A stretch of DNA of 59,190 nt, filler included, from Sluysia triapertura (Eukaryota): assembly GCA_046118255.1 (NCBI GenBank). It is 4 parts of 4 records of this genome, joined end to end, with 100 filler letters (N's around TTAATTAATTAA, not from the genome) between each part and the next. Parts side by side here need not be neighbours in the genome. Positions count along the whole stretch, not along the records: positions 41,093 to 59,190 come from JBJNIA010178585.1; 3 more parts are not named here. One strand, given 5' to 3'. A model generated the notes under the pieces. That model was not told the DNA's origin. It saw nothing but the letters and a program-made list of their open reading frames with translations, and did no database searches. The position numbers were made by a program, and so were the translations under genes. Every line of letters begins with the position of its first letter. Position 1 is the stretch's first letter. Below are positions 51,570 through 59,190 of this stretch, piece after piece.

Positions 51570-52359
51570 GTTAGTTTCTAAATCTTTAAGGAAAGATTGA
51601 TATTAAATATTGTTAATTTTTAATCCAATATTTTATTGAATATTTAGTGTAAGGAAATATCACAAAAAATTAATTGTATGAATAATTCGTTGTAACAATG
51701 TATCAAAACTAAAATTATTTAGTTTACTAAATTCACTTTAAATGTTTTCTATTGTGCAGAATAATTTGAATAATTTTTTTATTTTATTTTTAGTTTGTTA
51801 AAATTTTTACCTGAAATATTCACTTCTTATGTTGCTATGTGCCTTTATATATTTTGAGAAAAATGGTAATGATAGGTTGTTTTTAATTAAAATGCTATAT
51901 TTTCGAAATTCTAATTTCACTAGACAAAACTAGGTACTTCTGATTCCAAATCCCAAAGGTGCTAGTTGATTATAAATGTACATAAATTCATAGTAAACAG
52001 CAGTTAAGGCAAAATAACTGTTTATATTAAAAATTGTAAAAAAAATAAAATTGTTTATATTCATGTGTTAATCGAAATTTTCGGTAGTTAAAAGAATATT
52101 GCTAGTTAAAATAATATAATGGTTTCTAATGTGCATAAGTTTTTTGATCAGAGTTCAAATGGTCGAAATTTGATTCTTGAAGCCGCAGTGAAAGAGAAAA
52201 GGTAAGAAATGTAGATATATTTCTCTACTAAGCTTGAACTATCATCATTTGATTATACCAATAACAATGATTACACTGTCAGGAAACTATAAAGACCTTT
52301 TTTAAATAGTACTTAAAATAGTTTCCTTATAACTAATAAAATGATTAACATAAATTTGA

Positions 52360-52392
<33 letters not shown>

Positions 52393-52396
52393 TCAG

Positions 52397-52721
52397 ATTA
52401 GTTGTACTTTGCGTTGGAGTTTTATTTTGTCTACACTTGGTGCTTTATTGTCATGGCAATTTGCTCAGTTTTGTCTCATTACTCAATCTGTAGCAGTATA
52501 TATCAGTTACCTTATCATATCTAACTTAAAGTTTCACAACACTTCATCACTTGATCCATTGAAATCTGTAATAACTACGGTTTATCGTTCGCTTTTGATT
52601 GCTGACATATTAAATGTATTTCTACAATTAGGCAATTCCTTATTAATTATTGGACCTTTTCGACCATGTTACCTGATTTGTTGGTTACTAGTTGTTTGGG
52701 AGCCAAATGGATTCATTAAAT
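52397..52721 (+). CDS. dpy-19: DPY-19-family C-mannosyltransferase, exon 3
   Basis: TTTCAG acceptor, phase 0; WQFAQFCLITQ and LQLGNSLL motifs; donor GTTAGT at 52722. Later exons were not found in the window. Confidence 0.9.
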
Positions 52722-52879
52722 GTTAGTATTATGTATTGTCACAATAAATTTTTTGCTAGTAAATACATTTTATTTCATAGAACTATTTTTAGTAAAATAT
52801 TTATTGTTATATTCTATTATATTTTTAATGGAAAGGTGAAAAAAAATTTATGATTTCTAATAGGTAGATAAAGCAGAAT

Positions 52880-53841
52880 ATTTCGCATAATATACTCATG
52901 ATTCGCAGGGTGTTACGCATTGCCAGCACGAATATATTCGTGACACTTTCAATATATTATAACGTACAACTTGTGGAACTTGCAAACTTTTTATGGCCAA
53001 AAACATAAATGTAAAAGTGTAAAAACTTGAAAAAAAGCTTGAAAAACATGCTTATTTTTGACAAAATGTGATTTTATCTTGGAATAATAAAACAATAACA
53101 CTCAAAACAGAGGTGGCAAGGTGAATGACTTTATACAATTTAATTGATGAACCATCTTTACATAAAGTTCCATTAAACTAAATTTTCACTTTCCATATTC
53201 TAAATGCCTTTCTATTATATTTCATCAACGAATATTATCGCTTTGCTGGTAAGATCTTTGCTTAGGCAATATATTTGATGGTATTTGATGATTAATTAAT
53301 TTATAAGTAATTTTAAATGTGTAAAAATAAATATCATCTTCAGTCATTCCATAAATAATTCGTCATGCTCGATTTCTGATCATAAAATCTTAAAATGTTG
53401 AATGCACTACTTATGAGGTTCTCTAAGACTAATACTAGTTGGCCCAAATTCATTTTGGTGAAGTTTCTTTAAATAATTATTATTTTGAATATTATTTTTA
53501 TTATCAGAGTCATTTTCTTTAAGTAATTCTAAATTTTCTTATTTGATATCGTTGTAAAATAATCAGTTATTAGTTTATTTGAAAGACGATCATGATTTTG
53601 ACTACAAGAATGGTTGTTTTGAACAAAATCACATCATTACAAAGCTATAGGTTTTGATTTATTACAAAGATAATATTTCGTTTCTTCTTGATGAGTTCAA
53701 TTTAATATTTCCAATTATTTTCTTCGGTTGCAGTAATTATTGTTGACTATTTTGATATGTTGCTAATTTTTCTCATTTAAATGCGATGTTGGATTGCCTA
53801 TTGAATGTTTCAAAATATATCACACTAAAACTACATATTGA
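52880..53841 (+). mobile_element. piggyBac-like remnant
   Basis: 53779-53841 reads KCDVGLPIECFKIYHTKTTY*, matching the piggyBac C-terminal Cys-rich end (CxVxLCxxxCFxxYH). Paired subterminal-type palindromes at ~52886-52900 and CACGAATATATTCGTG at 52927-52942. Whether both parts are one element is uncertain. Confidence 0.55.
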
Positions 53842-55261
53842 ATATATTTTTTGTATTTAACTAATAAATAACCGTAGTCAAATAAAAATAAAAGGCGACA
53901 ATTTTTTTATCCGTTCTTTAAAAAAATCGGTGAAAACAACTTTGAATATTTATCATTTCTGTATCATAGAGTTTTCAATCAGTTCAGAACTTTTTCAAAC
54001 TCAAATTTAAACTGAATTTAATTCAGTTGAATCAGGATTCAAGTAATATTTTATTTAAAATATTAAACAAAGATAATAAATTAATAAAATTGGTTAACAC
54101 TTAATATTATTTTCGAATACGGATATTAATAGTCTTAAATAAAATCTTAATTATACTATATTATAAAAATTGTAAACCATTTACTCAATTCGTTAAACTT
54201 ATAACAACTATTATTCACTTGACAATTATTCAAAATTCGATAAATATTATTAATCTCAAAACAACCATTTTTATTTGAAAACTAACTTTAGTTTTCCTTA
54301 TTTTCAGTTTATTTATAAATTATTCTTTAGAATTCAACTTGTCTCTGATATTAGAGATAGAAATGCTTAATGAAATTCATTTCTATATAATGAAATATAT
54401 ATAAATTTGTTTTGCTGTGGTTTTCTTAACACTTAACCTATGGCAAAATAAAATTGCATTCGGTTGCAGTGAACTTGGGCGTTCCTGTAACTGTAATTTA
54501 ACAAAAAAACTTAATGTGAATGTAGTGGTTCAGTCAATGAATACCTCTACATCACGTAAATCATACAATCAATAACACACAAACGTCATCCCAAAATTAC
54601 ATTATAATATGTTTTGTCTATATCATTCATAACATTACATTATTCATCGTTCTTTCAATAGTATAAAACCACAGATGCCCAACGAGATTTATTTTATTAA
54701 TATTTTAAAACAGAACCTTCAATATAATACTTCTGTCATCCAGTCGTCATTATAACTCAACACTTTCTACTTTTTTATTAAAGTTATGTAATACCTGTAT
54801 AGTTTATCATTGATTTATAGCCAAATATTAATTATGATTAACTATTTCATAGTGAATTTTCAGTTTACATAAGATCTCCGATTTACTTTTTTATTTCCTT
54901 AAACTTTTAATAATCACATTATGTATAGTTTCATTTTATGTGTTTGCTACTTGACTATTATGCACGATACTTTTGACATAGAACATTATATATTATATGC
55001 GAAGAAAATATTAAAAAACATACAAAGTATTTTTATATTTTGGTTTAATTTTTTCGTATATTTTTAAATTTTTTGAAAAACATAATCATATTATTTTGAA
55101 TTTAAGATTTGACTGTTTAGTTGCACTAAATTATTAATAATTTAATTTTAGTAATCAATAATGATTAGTTTTTCTTGAAAATTTAATATGTAATTATTAT
55201 TATTTTGATGAAAAATGTTTTACTATTTATTGCTTTTTAAAGTGTAAACAATTAAATATCG

Positions 55262-55657
55262 ATGGATAATCCTGAAGAAATAGAAACAAAATATGATAAA
55301 GTTACTAAAAGATTTGATGATATGAATCTTAAAGACGATTTACTTTGGCGGATATATGCATATGGTTTTGAAAAGCCTTCGGCTATTCAACAAAGAGCTA
55401 TTGAAGGTCACAAGGTTATAGCACAAGCTCAATCAGGTACTGGCAAAACTGCTATATTTAGTGTTGCTATTTTATAGCGAATCGATGTAACTAAAAATAA
55501 GTTCCAAGCATTAGTTTTAACACCAACGAGAGAGTTAGCAAAGCAAATACATAAAGTAATAGTAGCTCTCGATGACTATAAGGGAGCTAAATCTTATACA
55601 TGCATTGGAGGTACTAGAGTACAAGAAGATGTTGAAATTTTGAACAATGCTTATCAG
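55262..55657 (+). pseudogene. eIF4A: eIF4A DEAD-box helicase pseudogene, N-terminal third
   Basis: [24 protein letters not shown] [four residues missing] [42 protein letters not shown]. In-frame TAG at 55475-55477; homology is lost after ~55657; no introns. Confidence 0.92.
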
Positions 55658-57679
55658 ATGTATAAATCAAATTTTAAGTAAGATGAGATATCGGATGTTT
55701 GAACAATGTTTATCAGGTTTTAATTATCGATGTTCTAAATATTTTCAAACTTCAGACCCATAAATCAAAATGTGAATCCCTTTTTTTGAAATGCGATGAG
55801 CTTGGTTTGAGTGGCGCGGAGAATGCTGTTCCAGCTGTGGTTAGTTAGATAATAAAGAATCCGAACAATGTATTATCTAAAATTCGTGAGGCAAATGATA
55901 ATGAGTATTTACAAAACATGTCGTTATTGATACTAAAGATGTTGATTTTGCATCACCATGTTTAACAGTAAATATAAGTGCTACTTTGAATGAGAACCTA
56001 ACCGAATTAAAAGTTCTAAATATTTGTGATTTATTTTTTTATGTTCTTAATATGATAAGTCAGAGTAGTCGTAAGTACACCGTCCTAGCAGCATAGACAA
56101 TGAACTGGCGAGTATGTTCGTCGTGCCTGTGAAAGGTGCAAATTTAAAAATTGTTTTACAGTCATCAATACAATATTTAACCATTTTTACGAAAAGTTAT
56201 GCTTTGATCAAAAATTTCGTTATAAAACTATGTTTTCATTATGACTGTCGAGTCTACCTTTTTAGTTTTTATAGTTTTATGGTAAAAGGAATCAGAGTAC
56301 ACTTTATTTTACAATGCTTAATAAAGAAAGTGGAGTATGTGATATAAAGATTGATTTAGATGTGTTAAGTTCATTTTTTAAGAAACTAATTTCTGGGTCA
56401 ACCACAGGTAGAGTGATGAAACGTATGATTAGAAATGGTCGTCTGGAATCATGTATTCCCCGAGACATGACCTATGTAGTGACCTGCAGGCACGTTCCTA
56501 CATCACCTTTACCGGGCTCTTGGACAATTTCGTTAGTATAATTACTGTTATGATTGATTTGTTGTTACATATAGATGTAAAAGTGACTTATGAACAAACA
56601 CGTAATACGCCTTTTATGTTTTTAAAATTAATAGAGTTCTTTAGTTATTTATATTGGTTTATTTGTAATCACGATTGTAATGATAAAATTTGTATGTGCC
56701 TTATGCACTCGTTTCCTAATTATAATTATAATTACGTAGATGAAGATAATTTTTATAATAAACATAATATTGTAAATAAATTTAACAATAATATAACATC
56801 ATCTACAATAGTGTAGTTTAACTTTCAATTCCTATTCTTTTGGTTTGTTCAATGCTCGAATGTATTATCCCAATTAATCTAATTCCAAATTTATTTTCAA
56901 TGAATTTTATTGTAATTTTAAAATTTTATTGAAAAAATGTGAAATTAAGTGAACTACAATTAACAACGAAAGAATATAAAATTTATTATAGTACACTATT
57001 CGGTTTGATAATAATATAAAGTATAAGTAGAATGAATATTGTGTAATTAAAACCCTTTCAGGCATTTAATTACTAATCGTTAAATTTTAAATACAATTTA
57101 TACCTCTCATTAAATCGAGGTGGGAAAATCAAATTAAGAAATATTTTAGTTCGGATTTTAATATTTTGATCGCAAGTATCAAAGCATGATCGGAAAATTA
57201 TTCAACTTCCCTTGAAAACTTTAATTGTAATTTTGAAATATTGAATAATAATCTTTAATTTAATTGATTCTCACGTTGCATAAAAATGGGTGTGTTATTA
57301 AATTGTCGTGAATACTGAATACTAAATTGTGTTTGAAATTAGATTGATACTAATGACATGTTAAAGCAATGGAAATTTATTTCTTTTGTAGAATGTGATA
57401 TTTTCTTTTCGAAAATAATTTTTGTATTAAATTTAGTGATTTTAAATGGTTGTGATGATAACTTAACAGTTTTATCATTAATTTATTTTTTTCAATTTTT
57501 TTGAACTCTATTCAAAAGAAATTTTTTGATGAATTTAAACCAAAGATCTTAGATTATTTCGATTATTCGAATACATTAAAGTGAAATTATCAGCAACTCA
57601 ACTATGCATTCGGAGCATTCAGAAAGTTCCGATGAAGATTATGCTGATCCTAATCAAAAGACAATATCAACGAATCAGT

Positions 57680-58560
57680 TGTGGTGGCCAACCTTTTTAC
57701 TCAAAATTTTAAATTATTTCATAATAAAAAATCACATTTCACTAATATTTCACCTTTATTTCTTCAAAAAGTATTAAAACAGGTAAATATAACAAAACAT
57801 TTCAAGTTCATAATTCTTCAACATTAAAATCATCAATAACATCGAAAATCATCAAATTTACATATCAAAGTTACCTCAAAAATATAATCAAAATGGAATT
57901 TCTGTTAATATCTCCAAAGATGCTAATCTCTTTATATTTTCACAATAGCATTTATTTTTATTTCAACCGGAATATCAAATTGTACTATTTTAACGCTTTA
58001 ATGAAATAAGTTCCGAGAAAGAATACTTTTAAAAGATTTATTTTTTAAAGATATATAAAAGTACAAACAAAAGAAGAATATGTTAAAAGATTTATTCATT
58101 TTATTATTTATTTTATTCTTATATTTCAAAGTACATATCACATGAAACATTAGCAGAAACTACACAATGAAAAGAAAATAATTAATATGTTAAAAAGATT
58201 TTTATTTTCAAGAAATATGTTAAGATAAAAGAATTTAAGGATTTGTGTTAAAAGAAAAGAGGAATTTAAAAGATTTTTATGCGTATTTATGTAATTTAAT
58301 TCAATTTTATTTATTATTATTATTCATTTTAATTTTATTCATTATCATTATCATTATTATTAATCATTAATTTCATTATTATCATAATTACTACCATTTT
58401 AATCAACATTTTGGTTTAATTAGTGATCAGTCTTTTTGATTAGTAGCAATATAGTAACTATCATCAGTGACAGGCACTTTTCATATTTGGTGTTAAGTCT
58501 CGATTTTGATTGGTCATCCAATAATAGTTGTTCACCGTCGTTTTTATTTAAATAGTAATA
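57680..58560 (+). repeat. Family B-like LTR-like repeat
   Basis: Starts TGTGGTGGCCAACC; same A/C-rich tract, AATATGTTAAGA block, ATT tract and ACTATCATCAGTGACAG motif as other B copies. Confidence 0.6.
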
Positions 58561-58806
58561 TGAACATGCTCGCAATCTTTTTAATAATGAGATATTCACA
58601 AAATTATTGGTCGATCATTGGCTCATCTAATTGGTCAAAAGCAAAAATTTTGTATAAGGAAAAGTAAACAATTTTGATAATTTTTAAAAAATATAATCTT
58701 TTTTAATCGATTTTATATTCTTTAATCAATGAAAAGTGTAGTTTTCCAAATTTTAAAATGTTTACTAAAGTCAGGCCAAATGATTATGATGAAACTAAGT
58801 TCAATG

Positions 58807-59190
58807 TGTAGTGACCAACACTCATAACTTAAAATTAATCAAAATCCCTTGTTCAATATTCACAAATTAAATTTCACTAAAATTCAATTTTCAAAATAAT
58901 CACACTTTTACTATTGAACTACACCAACGCAAACATAAAATAACATTCGATAATCACAACACCTCATCAACTCACATATATCAATAATTCAACGAACATT
59001 CCAACCCTCCATAGCATAACAAACTCCGACATTTAATCTCGAATAATTCACAACATTCATTCACAAGATATTTCAACAAACAAACCACAATCACAAAATA
59101 AAGTATACAAACTATAAACATAATAGCATTATTCAACAACGCTAACAAATACCTCAGAAACATAGATCATTTACATCAAAACCTTCAATC
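58807..59190 (+). repeat. Family B repeat (runs off the window)
   Basis: Colinear direct repeat of 1726-2105. Confidence 0.85.

Noticed and set aside
55475-55477. TAG at a conserved Gln of eIF4A as evidence for stop-codon reassignment
   Set aside because: The same copy has a deletion, other damaging substitutions and truncation. The intact dpy-19 and Ig exons contain no in-frame TAG/TAA. A CAG>TAG mutation is simpler.

Overview
Very AT-rich eukaryotic (metazoan-looking) DNA with spliceosomal GT-AG introns; the organism cannot be fixed from the window. It contains three artificial 100-bp joins (44 N + TTAATTAATTAA + 44 N) and one plain N gap, so adjacency across gaps is uncertain. Apparently intact host genes: three phase-compatible exons of an Ig-superfamily receptor (iHog/CDON/BOC-like) and the first three exons of a dpy-19 C-mannosyltransferase. 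Decayed gene copies: eIF4A, a GRB2-like SH3-SH2 fragment, a lone CCCH zinc finger and several orphan ORFs. There is a tRNA-Ala-like gene with intact acceptor, D and T arms but a broken anticodon arm. Mobile DNA dominates: a degenerate Maverick/Polinton (adintovirus-type) capsid module at 270-1640, an L2/CR1 LINE 3' end, piggyBac remnants, gag/PBS-bearing LTR remnants, and several dispersed repeat families that all start with TGT. All protein assignments are by-eye motif recognition, not database searches. No complete novel system is demonstrable; the best leads are the capsid module, the odd tRNA-Ala and the GRB2/CCCH/tRNA mosaic.
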